Program-made: the position numbers and the translations under genes | The notes under the pieces: generated by a model | The model's input: only the letters and a program-made list of their open reading frames with translations | What the model was told of the DNA's origin: nothing | Database searches by the model: none | In this document: positions 1 through 13,260 of the stretch, one piece after another | Numbering within the stretch: the first letter of the stretch is position 1 | Layout of the letters: each line of letters starts with the position of its first letter | NCBI GenBank assembly: GCA_964016885.1 | Contig: CAXHJY010000096.1 | Location: 2,480,001 to 2,544,000, forward strand | Length of the DNA: 64,000 nt | Direction of reading: 5' to 3' | DNA from: Eledone cirrhosa | Taxonomy: Eukaryota

Positions 1-3000
1 ATAATTTGTAAAAAAAATCATGGGGAGATAATTTGTAAAAAAAAATCAGGGGTAGATAATTTGTAAAAAAAAATCAGGGGGAGATAATTTGTAAAAAAAA
101 ATCAGGGGGAGATAATTTGTAAAAAAAATCAAGGGGAGATAATATCCAGCCGTCCAAGGAGAGATAATTTAAAAAAAAAATGAGGCGGAGATAATTTGTA
201 AAAAAAAAATCAGGGGGAGTTAATTTGTAAAAAAAAATGAGGGGGAGATAATTTGTAAAAAAAATCAAGGGGAGATAATTTCCAGCCGTCCAAGGGGAGA
301 TAATTTTCAGCCGTCCAAGGAGAGGTAATTTCTAGCCGTCCAAGGGGAGATAATTTCCAGCCGTCCAAGGGGAGGTAATTTCCAGCCGTCCAAGGGGAGA
401 TAATTTTAAAAAAAAAATCAGGCGGAGATAATTTGTAAAAAAAATCAAGGGGAGATAATTTGCAGCCGTCCAAGGGGAGATAATTTTCAGTCGTCCAAGG
501 AGAGGTAATTTCTAGCCGTCCAAGGGGAGATAATTTCCAGCCGTCCAAGGGGAGATAATTTCCAGCCGTCCAAGGGGAGATAATTTTTTTTAAAAAATCA
601 GGCGGAGATAATTTGTAAAAAAAATCAGGGGGAGATAATTTGTAAACAAAATCAGGGGGAGATAATTTGTAAAAAAAAATCAGGGGGAGATAATTTGTAA
701 AAAAAATTAGGCGTAGATAATTTGTAAAAAAAAATCAGGGGGAGATAATTTGTAAAAAAAAATCAGGGGGAGATAATTTGTTTAAAAAATCAAGGGGAGA
801 TAATTTGCAGCCGTCCAAGGGGAGATAATTTTCAGCCGTCCAAGGAGAGGTAATTTCTAGCCGTTCAAGGGGAGATAATTTCCAGCCGTCCAAGGGGAGA
901 TAATTTCCAGCCGTCCAAGGGGAGATAATTTTTTTTAAAAAATCAGGCGGAGATAATTTGTAAAAAAAAATCAGGGGGAGATAATTCGTAAAAAAAAATC
1001 AGGGGGAGATAATTTGTAAAAAAAAATCAGGGGGAGATAATTTGTAAAAAAAATCAAGGGGAGATAATTTCCAGCCGTCCAAGGGGAGGTAATATCTAGC
1101 CGTCCAAGGGGAGATAATTTCCAGCCGTCCAAGGGGAGATAATTTCCAGCCGTCCAAGGGGAGATAATTTCCAGCCGTCCAAGGAGACATATTTTCCAGC
1201 CGTCCAAGGCGAGGTAATTTCTAGCCGTCCAAGGGGAGATTAATTCCAGCCTCCAAGGGGAGATAATTTCCAGCCAGCCAAGGGGAGATAATTTGTAAAA
1301 AAATCAGGGGGAGATAATTTGTAAAAAATATCAGGGAGATAATTTGTAAAAAAAAATCAGGGGGAGATAATTTGTAAAAAAAATCAGGGGGAGATAATTT
1401 GTAAAAAAAAATCAGGGGGAGATAATTTGTAAAAAAAATCAAGGGGAGATAATTTCCAGCCGTCCAAGGGGAGATAATTTTCAGCCGTCCAAGGAGAGGT
1501 AATTTCTAACCGTCCGAGGAGAGATAATTTCCAGCCGTCCAAGGGGAGATAATTTCCAGCCGTCCAAGGGGAGATAATTTCCAGCCGTCCAAGGAGACAT
1601 ATTTTCCAGCCGTCCAAGGAGAGGTAATTTCTAGCCGTCCAAGGGGAGATAAATTCCAGCCTCCAAGGGGAGATAATTTCCAGCCAGCCAAGGGGAGATA
1701 ATTTGTAAAAAAATCAGGGGGAGATAATTTGCAAAAAAAATCAGGGGGAGATAATTTGTAAAAAAAATCAGGGGGAGATAATTTGTAAAAAATAATCAGG
1801 GGGAGATAATTTCCAGCCGTCCAAGGGAAGATAATTTCCAGCCCTCCAAGGGGCTATAATTTCCAGTGTCCAAGGGGAGATAATTTCCAGCCAGCGAAGG
1901 GGAGATAATTTTTTTTAAAAAATCATTGGGAGATTTGTAAAAAAAATCAGGGGGAGATAATTTGTAAAAAAAATCAAGGGGAGATAATTTCCAGCCGTCC
2001 AAGGGGAGGTAATATCTAGCCGTCCAAGGGTAGATAATTTCCAGCCGTCCAACGGGAGATAATTTCCAGCCGTCCAAGGGTAGATCATATCCAGCCGCCC
2101 AAGGACATATTTTCCAGCCGTCCAAGGAGAGGTAATTTCTAGCCGTCCAAGGGGAGATAATTTCCAGCCGTCCAAGGGTAGATAATATCCAGCCGTCCAA
2201 GGACATATTTTCCAGCCGTCCAAGGAGAGGTAATTTCTAGCCGTCCAAGGGGAGATAAATTCCAGCCTCCAAGGGGAGATAATTTCCAGCCAGCCAAGGG
2301 GAGATAATTTGTAAAAAAATCAGGGGGAGATAATTTGTAAAAAAAATCAGGGGGAGATAATTTGTAAAAAAAAATCAGGGGGAGATAATTTGTAAAAAAA
2401 AATCAGGGTGAGATAATTTGCAAAAAAAATCAGGGGGAGATAATTTGTAAAAAAAAATCAGGGGTAGATAATTTGTAAAAAAAAATCAGGGGGAGATAAT
2501 TTGTAAAAAAAAATCAGGGGGAGATAATTTGTAAAAAAAATCAAGGGGAGATAATTTCCAGCCGTCCAAGAAGAGATAATTTAAAAAAAAATCAGGCGGA
2601 GATAATTTGTAAAAAAAAATCAGGGGGAGATAATTTGTAAAAAAAATCAGGGGGAGATAATTTGTAAAAAAAAATCAGGGGTAGATAATTTGTAAAAAAA
2701 AATCAGGGGGAGATAATTTGTAAAAAAAAATCAGGAGGAGATAATTTGTAAAAAAAATCAAGGGGAGATAATTTCCAGCCGTCCAAGGAGAGATAATTTA
2801 AAAAAAAATCAGGCGGAGATAATTTGTAAAAAAAAATCAGGGGGAGATAATTTGTAAAAAAAAATCAGGGGGAGATAATTTGTAAAAAAAATCAAGGGGA
2901 GATAATTTCCAGCCGTCCAAGGGGAGATAATTTTCAGCCGTCCAAGGGGAGATAATTTCCCGCCAGCCAAGGGAAGATAATATTCAAAAAAATCAGGCGG

Positions 3001-6000
3001 AGATAATTTGTAAAAAAAATCAGGGGGAGATAATTTGTAAAAAAATCAGGGGGAGATAATTTGTAAAAAAAAAATCAGGGGGAGATAATTTGTAAAAAAA
3101 ATCAGGGGGAGATAATTTGTAAAAAAAATCAGGGGTAGATAATTTGTAAAAAAAAATCAGGGGGAGATAATTTGTAAAAAAAAATCAGGGGGAGATAATT
3201 TGTAAAAAAAATGAAAGGGGAGATAATATCCAGCCGTCCAAGGGGAGATAATTTCCAGCCGTCCAAGGGGAGATAATTTCCAGCCGTCCAAGGGGAGATA
3301 ATTTCCATCCTTCCAAGGGGATATAATTTCCAGCCGTCCAAGGGGAGATAATTTCCATCCTTCCAAGGGGATATAATTTCCAGCCGTCCAAGGGGAGATA
3401 ATTTTCAGCCGTCCAAGGAGAGGTAATTTCTAGCCGTCCAAGGAGAGATAATTTCCAGCCGTCCAAGGGGAGATAATTTCCAGCCGTCCAAGGGGAGATA
3501 ATTTCCAGCCGTCCAAGGAGACATATTTTCCAGCCGTCCAAGGAGAGGTAATTCCTAGCCGTCCAAGGGGAGATAAATTCCAGCCTCCAAGGGGAGATAA
3601 TTTCCAGCCAGCCAAGGGGAGATAATTTGTAAAAAAAATCAGGGGGAGATAATTTGTAAAAAAAATCAGGGGGAGATAATTTGTAAAAAAAAATCAGGGG
3701 TAGATAATTTGTAAAAAATAATCAGGGGGAGATAATTTGTAAAAAAAATCAAGGGGAGATAATTTCCAGCCGTCCAAGGGGAGATAATTTTCAGCCGTCC
3801 AAGGGGAGATAATTTCCCGCCAGCCAAGGGAAGATAATATTTAAAAAAATTAGGCGGAGATAATTTGTAAAAAAAATCAGGGGGAGATAATTTGTAAAAA
3901 AATCAGGGGGAGATAATTTGTAAAAAAAATCAGGGGGAGATAATTTGTAAAAAAAATCAGGGGGAGATAATTTGTAAAAAAAAATCAGGGGGAGATAATT
4001 TGTAAAAAAAATCAAGGGGAGATAATTTCCAGCCGTCCAAGGGAAGATAATTTCCAGCCCTCCAAGGGGCTATAATTTCCAGCGTCCAAGGGGAGATAAT
4101 TTCCAGCCAGCGAAGGGGAGATAATTTTTTTTAAAAAATCATTGGGAGATTTGTAAAAAAAATCAGGGGGAGATAATTTGTAAAAAAAATCAAGGGGAGA
4201 TAATTTCCAGCCGTCCAAGGGGAGGTAATATCTAGCCGTCCAAGGGGAGATAATTTCCAGCCGTCCAAGTGGAGATAATTTCCAGCCGTCCAAGGGTAGA
4301 TAATATCCAGCCGTCCAAGGACATATTTTCCAGCCGTCCAAGGAGAGGTAATTTCTAGCCGTCCAAGGGGAGATAAATTCCAGCCTCCAAGGTGAGATAA
4401 TTTCCAGCCAGCCAAGGGGAGATAATTTGTAAAAAAATCAGGGGGAGATAATTTGTAAAAAAAATCAGGGGGAGATAATTTGTAAAAAAAAATCAGGGGG
4501 AGATAATTTGTAAAAAAAAATCAGGGGGAGATAATTTGTAAAAAAAAATCAGGGGGAGATAATTTGTAAAAAAATCAAGGGGAGATAATTTCCAGCCGTC
4601 CAAGGGGAGATAATTTTCAGCCGTCCAAGGGGAGATAATTTCCCGCCAGCCAAGGGAAGATAATATTTGAAAAAATCAGGCGGAGATAATTTGTAAAAAA
4701 AATCAGGGGGAGATAATTTGTAAAAAAATCAGGGGGAGATAATTTGTAAAAAAAAAATCAGGGGGAGATAATTTGTAAAAAGAATCAGGGGGAGATAATT
4801 TGTAAAAAAAAATCAGGGGTAGATAAATTGTAAAAAAAAATCAGGGGGAGATAATTTGTAAAAAAAATCAGGGGGAGATAATTTGTAAAAAAAATGAAAG
4901 GGGAGATAATATCCAGCCGTCCAAGGGGAGATAATTTCCAGCCGTCCAAGGGGAGATAATTTCCAGCCGTCCAAGGGGAGATAATTTCCATCCTTCCAAG
5001 GGGATATAATTTCCAGCCGTCCAAGGGGAGATAATTTCCCGCCAGCCAAGGGAAGATAATTTTTAAAAAAATCAGGCGGAGATTGTAAAAAAAATCAGGG
5101 GGGAGATAATTTGTAAAAAAATCAGGGGGAGATAATTTGTAAAAAAAAATCAGGGGGAGATAATTTGTAAAAAATATTCAGGGGGAGATAATTTGTAAAA
5201 AAAATCAAGGGGAGATAATTTCCAGCCGTCCAAGGGGAGATAATTTCCCGCCAGCCAAGGGAAGATAATATTTAAAAAAATTAGGCGGAGATAATTTGTA
5301 AAAAAAATCAGGGGGAGATAATTTGTAAAAAAATCAGGGGGAGATAATTTGTAAAAAAAATCAGGGGGAGATAATTTGTAAAAAAATTCATGGGGAGATA
5401 ATTTGTAAAAAAAAATCAGGGGTAGATAATTTGTAAAAAAAAATCAGGGGGAGATAATTTGTAAAAAAAAATCAGGGGGAGATAATTTGTAAAAAAAATC
5501 AAGGGGAGATAATTTCCAGCCGTCCAAGGGGAGATAATTTTCAGCCGTCCAAGGAGAGGTAATTTCTAGCCGTCCAAGGGGAGATAATTTCCAGCCGTCC
5601 AAGGGGAGGTAATTTCCAGCCGTCCAAGGGGAGATAATTTTTAAAAAAAAATCAGTCGGAGATAATTTGTAAAAAAAATCAAGGGGAGATAATTTGCAGC
5701 CGTCCAAGGGGAGATAATTTTCAGTCGTCCAAGGAGAGGTAATTTCTAGCCGTCCAAGGGGAGATAATTGCCAGCCGTCCAAGGGGAGATAATTTCCAGC
5801 CGTCCAAGGGGAGATAATTTTTTTTTAAAAATCAGGCGGAGATAATTTGTAAAAAAAATCAGGGGGAGATAATTTGTAAACAAAATCAGGGGGAGATAAT
5901 TTGTAAAAAAAAATCAGGGGGAGATAATTTGTAAAAAAAATCATGGAGAGATAATTTCCAGCCGTCCAAGGTGAGATAATTTCCAGCCGTCCAAGGAGAC

Positions 6001-9000
6001 ATATTTTCCAGCCGTCCAAGGCGAGGTAATTTCTAGCCGTCCAAGGGGAGATAAATTCCAGCCTCCAAGGGGAGATAATTTCCAGCTAGCCAAGTGGAGA
6101 TAATTTGTAAAAAAATCAGGGGGAGATAATTTGTAAAAAATATCAGGGAGATAATTTGTAAAAAAAAATCAGGGGGAGATAATTTGTAAAAAAAATCAGG
6201 GGGAGATAATTTGTAAAAAAAAATCAGGGGGAGATAATTTGTAAAAAAAATCAAGGGGAGATAATTTCCAGCCGTCCAAGGGGAGATAATTTTCAGCCGT
6301 CCAAGGGGAGATAATTTCCCGCCAGCCAAGGGAAGATAATATTTAAAAAAATCAGGCGGAGATAATTTGTAAAAAAAATCAGGGGGAGATAATTTGTAAA
6401 AAAATCAGGGGGAGATAATTTGTAAAAAAAAAATCAGGGGGAGATAATTTGTAAAAAAAATCAGGGGGAGATAATTTGTAAAAAAAAATCAGGGATAGAT
6501 AATTTGTAAACAAAAATCAGGGGGAGATAATTTGTAAAAAAAAATCAGGGGGAGATAATTTGTAAAAAAAATGAAAGGGGAGATAATATCCAGCCGTCCA
6601 AGGGGAGATAATTTCCAGCCGTCCAAGGGGATATAATTTCCAGCCGTCCAAGGGGAGATAATTTCCATCCTTCCAAGGGGATATAATTTCCAGCCGTCCA
6701 AGGGGAGATAATTTCCCGCCAGCCAAGGGAAGATAATTTTTAAAAAAATCAGGCGGAGATTGTAAAAAAAATCAGGGGGGAGATAATTTGTAAAAAAATC
6801 AGGGGGAGATAATTTGTAAAAAATAATCAGGGGGAGATAATTTGTAAAAAAATTCAAGGGGAGATAATTTCCAGCCGTCCAAGGGGAGATAATTTCCCGC
6901 CAGCCAAGGGAAGATAATATTTAAAAAAATTAGGCGGAGATAATTTGTAAAAAAAATCAGGGGGAGATAATTTGTAAAAAAATCAGGGGGAGATAATTTG
7001 TAAAAAAAATCAGGGGGAGATAATTTGTAAAAAAAATCATGGGGAGATAATTTGTAAAAAAAAATCAGGGGTAGATAATTTGTAAAAAAAAATCAGGGGG
7101 AGATAATTTGTAAAAAAAAATCAGGGGGAGATAATTTGTAAAAAAAATCAAGGGGAGATAATATCCAGCCGTCCAAGGAGAGATAATTTTAAAAAAAAAT
7201 GAGGCGGAGATAATTTGTAAAAAAAAAATCAGGGGGAGTTAATTTGTAAAAAAAAATGAGGGGGAGATAATTTGTAAAAAAAATCAAGGGGAGATAATTT
7301 CCAGCCGTCCAAGGGGAGATAATTTTCAGCCGTCCAAGGAGAGGTAATTTCTAGCCGTCCAAGGGGAGATAATTTCCAGCCGTCCAAGGGGAGGTAATTT
7401 CCAGCCGTCCAAGGGGAGATAATTTAAAAAAAAAAATCAGGCGGAGATAATTTGTAAAAAAAATCAAGGGGAGATAATTTGCAGCCGTCCAAGGGGAGAT
7501 AATTTTCAGTCGTCCAAGGAGAGGTAATTTCTAGCCGTCCAAGGGGAGATAATTTCCAGCCGTCCAAGGGGAGATAATTTCCAGCCGTCCAAGGGGAGAT
7601 AATTTTTTTTAAAAAATCAGGCGGAGATAATTTGTAAAAAAAATCAGGGGGAGATAATTTGTAAACAAAATCAGGGGGAGATAATTTGTAAAAAAAAATC
7701 AGGGGGAGATAATTTGTAAAAAAAATTAGGCGTAGATAATTTGTAAAAAAAAATCAGGGGGAGATAATTTGTAAAAAAAAATCAGGGGGAGATAATTTGT
7801 TTAAAAAATCAAGGGGAGATAATTTGCAGCCGTCCAAGGGGAGATAATTTTCAGCCGTCCAAGGAGAGGTAATTTCTAGCCGTTCAAGGGGAGATAATTT
7901 CCAGCCGTCCAAGGGGAGATAATTTCCAGCCGTCCAAGGGGAGATAATTTTTTTTAAAAAATCAGGCGGAGATAATTTGTAAAAAAAAATCAGGGGGAGA
8001 TAATTCGTAAAAAAAAATCAGGGGGAGATAATTTGTAAAAAAAAATCAGGGGGAGATAATTTGTAAAAAAAATCAAGGGGAGATAATTTCCAGCCGTCCA
8101 AGGGGAGGTAATATCTAGCCGTCCAAGGGGAGATAATTTCCAGCCGTCCAAGGGGAGATAATTTCCAGCCGTCCAAGGGGAGATAATTTCCAGCCGTCCA
8201 AGGAGACATATTTTCCAGCCGTCCAAGGCGAGGTAATTTCTAGCCGTCCAAGGGGAGATTAATTCCAGCCTCCAAGGGGAGATAATTTCCAGCCAGCCAA
8301 GGGGAGATAATTTGTAAAAAAATCAGGGGGAGATAATTTGTAAAAAATATCAGGGAGATAATTTGTAAAAAAAAATCAGGGGGAGATAATTTGTAAAAAA
8401 AATCAGGGGGAGATAATTTGTAAAAAAAAATCAGGGGGAGATAATTTGTAAAAAAAATCAAGGGGAGATAATTTCCAGCCGTCCAAGGGGAGATAATTTT
8501 CAGCCGTCCAAGGAGAGGTAATTTCTAACCGTCCGAGGAGAGATAATTTCCAGCCGTCCAAGGGGAGATAATTTCCAGCCGTCCAAGGGGAGATAATTTC
8601 CAGCCGTCCAAGGAGACATATTTTCCAGCCGTCCAAGGAGAGGTAATTTCTAGCCGTCCAAGGGGAGATAAATTCCAGCCTCCAAGGGGAGATAATTTCC
8701 AGCCAGCCAAGGGGAGATAATTTGTAAAAAAATCAGGGGGAGATAATTTGCAAAAAAAATCAGGGGGAGATAATTTGTAAAAAAAATCAGGGGGAGATAA
8801 TTTGTAAAAAATAATCAGGGGGAGATAATTTCCAGCCGTCCAAGGGAAGATAATTTCCAGCCCTCCAAGGGGCTATAATTTCCAGTGTCCAAGGGGAGAT
8901 AATTTCCAGCCAGCGAAGGGGAGATAATTTTTTTTAAAAAATCATTGGGAGATTTGTAAAAAAAATCAGGGGGAGATAATTTGTAAAAAAAATCAAGGGG

Positions 9001-12000
9001 AGATAATTTCCAGCCGTCCAAGGGGAGGTAATATCTAGCCGTCCAAGGGTAGATAATTTCCAGCCGTCCAACGGGAGATAATTTCCAGCCGTCCAAGGGT
9101 AGATCATATCCAGCCGCCCAAGGACATATTTTCCAGCCGTCCAAGGAGAGGTAATTTCTAGCCGTCCAAGGGGAGATAATTTCCAGCCGTCCAAGGGTAG
9201 ATAATATCCAGCCGTCCAAGGACATATTTTCCAGCCGTCCAAGGAGAGGTAATTTCTAGCCGTCCAAGGGGAGATAAATTCCAGCCTCCAAGGGGAGATA
9301 ATTTCCAGCCAGCCAAGGGGAGATAATTTGTAAAAAAATCAGGGGGAGATAATTTGTAAAAAAAATCAAGGGGAGATAATTTGTAAAAAAAAATCAGGGG
9401 GAGATAATTTGTAAAAAAAAATCAGGGTGAGATAATTTGCAAAAAAAATCAGGGGGAGATAATTTGTAAAAAAAAATCAGGGGTAGATAATTTGTAAAAT
9501 AAAATCAGGGGGAGATAATTTGTAAAAAAAAATCAGGGGGAGATAATTTGTAAAAAAAATCAAGGGGAGATAATTTCCAGCCGTCCAAGAAGAGATAATT
9601 TTAAAAAAAATCAGGCGGAGATAATTTGTAAAAAAAAATCAGGGGGAGATAATTTGTAAAAAAAATCAGGGGGAGATAATTTGTAAAAAAAATCAGGGGT
9701 AGATAATTTGTAAAAAAAAATCAGGGGGAGATAATTTGTAAAAAAAAATCAGGAGGAGATAATTTGTAAAAAAAATCAAGGGGAGATAATTTCCAGCCGT
9801 CCAAGGAGAGATAATTTAAAAAAAAATCAGGCGGAGATAATTTGTAAAAAAAAATCAGGGGGAGATAATTTGTAAAAAAAAATCAGGGGGAGATAATTTG
9901 TAAAAAAAATCAAGGGGAGATAATTTCCAGCCGTCCAAGGGGAGATAATTTTCAGCCGTCCAAGGGGAGATAATTTCCCGCCAGCCAAGGGAAGATAATA
10001 TTCAAAAAAATCAGGCGGAGATAATTTGTAAAAAAAATCAGGGGGAGATAATTTGTAAAAAAATCAGGGGGAGATAATTTGTAAAAAAAAAAATCAGGGG
10101 GAGATAATTTGTAAAAAAAATCAGGGGGAGATAATTTGTAAAAAAAATCAGGGGTAGATAATTTGTAAAAAAAAATCAGGGGGAGATAATTTGTAAAAAA
10201 AAATCAGGGGGAGATAATTTGTAAAAAAAATGAAAGGGGAGATAATATCCAGCCGTCCAAGGGGAGATAATTTCCAGCCGTCCAAGGGGAGATAATTTCC
10301 AGCCGTCCAAGGGGAGATAATTTCCATCCTTCCAAGGGGATATAATTTCCAGCCGTCCAAGGGGAGATAATTTCCATCCTTCCAAGGGGATATAATTTCC
10401 AGCCGTCCAAGGGGAGATAATTTTCAGCCGTCCAAGGAGAGGTAATTTCTAGCCGTCCAAGGAGAGATAATTTCCAGCCGTCCAAGGGGAGATAATTTCC
10501 AGCCGTCCAAGGGGAGATAATTTCCAGCCGTCCAAGGAGACATATTTTCCAGCCGTCCAAGGAGAGGTAATTCCTAGCCGTCCAAGGGGAGATAAATTCC
10601 AGCCTCCAAGGGGAGATAATTTCCAGCCAGCCAAGGGGAGATAATTTGTAAAAAAAATCAGGGGGAGATAATTTGTAAAAAAAATCAGGGGGAGATAATT
10701 TGTAAAAAAAAATCAGGGGTAGATAATTTGTAAAAAATAATCAGGGGGAGATAATTTGTAAAAAAAATCAAGGGGAGATAATTTCCAGCCGTCCAAGGGG
10801 AGATAATTTTCAGCCGTCCAAGGGGAGATAATTTCCCGCCAGCCAAGGGAAGATAATATTTAAAAAAATTAGGCGGAGATAATTTGTAAAAAAAATCAGG
10901 GGGAGATAATTTGTAAAAAAATCAGGGGGAGATAATTTGTAAAAAAAATCAGGGGGAGATAATTTGTAAAAAAAATCAGGGGGAGATAATTTGTAAAAAA
11001 AAATCAGGGGGAGATAATTTGTAAAAAAAATCAAGGGGAGATAATTTCCAGCCGTCCAAGGGAAGATAATTTCCAGCCCTCCAAGGGGCTATAATTTCCA
11101 GCGTCCAAGGGGAGATAATTTCCAGCCAGCGAAGGGGAGATAATTTTTTTTAAAAAATCATTGGGAGATTTGTAAAAAAAATCAGGGGGAGATAATTTGT
11201 AAAAAAAATCAAGGGGAGATAATTTCCAGCCGTCCAAGGGGAGGTAATATCTAGCCGTCCAAGGGGAGATAATTTCCAGCCGTCCAAGGGGAGATAATTT
11301 CCAGCCGTCCAAGGGTAGATAATATCCAGCCGTCCAAGGACATATTTTCCAGCCGTCCAAGGAGAGGTAATTTCTAGCCGTCCAAGGGGAGATAAATTCC
11401 AGCCTCCAAGGTGAGATAATTTCCAGCCAGCCAAGGGGAGATAATTTGTAAAAAAATCAGGGGGAGATAATTTGTAAAAAAAATCAGGGGGAGATAATTT
11501 GTAAAAAAAAATCAGGGGGAGATAATTTGTAAAAAAAAATCAGGGGGAGATAATTTGTAAAAAAAAATCAGGGGGAGATAATTTGTAAAAAAATCAAGGG
11601 GAGATAATTTCCAGCCGTCCAAGGGGAGATAATTTTCAGCCGTCCAAGGGGAGATAATTTCCCGCCAGCCAAGGGAAGATAATATTTGAAAAAATCAGGC
11701 GGAGATAATTTGTAAAAAAAATCAGGGGGAGATAATTTGTAAAAAAATCAGGGGGAGATAATTTGTAAAAAAAAAATCAGGGGGAGATAATTTGTAAAAA
11801 GAATCAGGGGGAGATAATTTGTAAAAAAAAATCAGGGGTAGATAAATTGTAAAAAAAAATCAGGGGGAGATAATTTGTAAAAAAAATCAGGGGGAGATAA
11901 TTTGTAAAAAAAATGAAAGGGGAGATAATATCCAGCCGTCCAAGGGGAGATAATTTCCAGCCGTCCAAGGGGAGATAATTTCCAGCCGTCCAAGGGGAGA

Positions 12001-13260
12001 TAATTTCCATCCTTCCAAGGGGATATAATTTCCAGCCGTCCAAGGGGAGATAATTTCCCGCCAGCCAAGGGAAGAAAATTTTTAAAAAAATCAGGCGGAG
12101 ATTGTAAAAAAAATCAGGGGGGAGATAATTTGTAAAAAAATCAGGGGGAGATAATTTGTAAAAAAAAATCAGGGGGAGATAATTTGTAAAAAATAATCAG
12201 GGGGAGATAATTTGTAAAAAAAAATCAAGGGGAGATAATTTCCAGCCGTCCAAGGGGAGATAATTTCCCGCCAGCCAAGGGAAGATAATATTTAAAAAAA
12301 TTAGGCGGAGATAATTTGTAAAAAAAATCAGGGGGAGATAATTTGTAAAAAAATCAGGGGGAGATAATTTGTAAAAAAAATCAGGGGGAGATAATTTGTA
12401 AAAAAATTCATGGGGAGATAATTTGTAAAAAAAAATCAGGGGTAGATAATTTGTAAAAAAAAATCAGGGGGAGATAATTTGTAAAAAAAAATCAGGGGGA
12501 GATAATTTGTAAAAAAAATCAAGGGGAGATAATTTCCAGCCGTCCAAGGGGAGATAATTTTCAGCCGTCCAAGGAGAGGTAATTTCTAGCCCTCCAAGGG
12601 GAGATAATTTCCAGCCGTCCAAGGGGAGGTAATTTCCAGCCGTCCAAGGGGAGATAATTTTAAAAAAAAAATCAGGCGGAGATAATTTGTAAAAAAAATC
12701 AAGGGGAGATAATTTGCAGCCGTCCAAGGGGAGATAATTTTCAGTCGTCCAAGGAGAGGTAATTTCTAGCCGTCCAAGGGGAGATAATTGCCAGCCGTCC
12801 AAGGGGAGATAATTTCCAGCCGTCCAAGGGGAGATAATTTTTTTTAAAAAATCAGGCGGAGATAATTTGTAAAAAAAATCAGGGGGAGATAATTTGTAAA
12901 CAAAATCAGGGGGAGATAATTTGTAAAAAAAAATCAGGGGGAGATAATTTGTAAAAAAAATCATGGAGAGATAATTTCCAGCCGTCCAAGGTGAGATAAT
13001 TTCCAGCCGTCCAAGGAGACATATTTTCCAGCCGTCCAAGGCGAGGTAATTTCTAGCCGTCCAAGGGGAGATAAATTCCAGCCTCCAAGGGGAGATAATT
13101 TCCAGCCAGCCAAGTGGAGATAATTTGTAAAAAAATCAGGGGGAGATAATTTGTAAAAAATATCAGGGAGATAATTTGTAAAAAAAAATCAGGGGGAGAT
13201 AATTTGTAAAAAAAATCAGGGGGAGATAATTTGTAAAAAAAAATCAGGGGGAGATAATTT
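1..13260 (+). repeat. Tandem higher-order duplication, period 7019 bp (unit 1..7019; second copy 7020..~13260; a third partial copy starts ~14512 and runs to ~15580)
   Basis: Identical ORF-track entries recur at a constant offset (971/7990, 1796/8815, 3129/10148, 4785/11804). Rare variants recur too: GAGTTAAT ~217/~7236/~14729, TTAGGCGTAG ~707/~7726/~15218, TAACCGTCCGAGG ~1507/~8526. End points are approximate. Confidence 0.93.
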
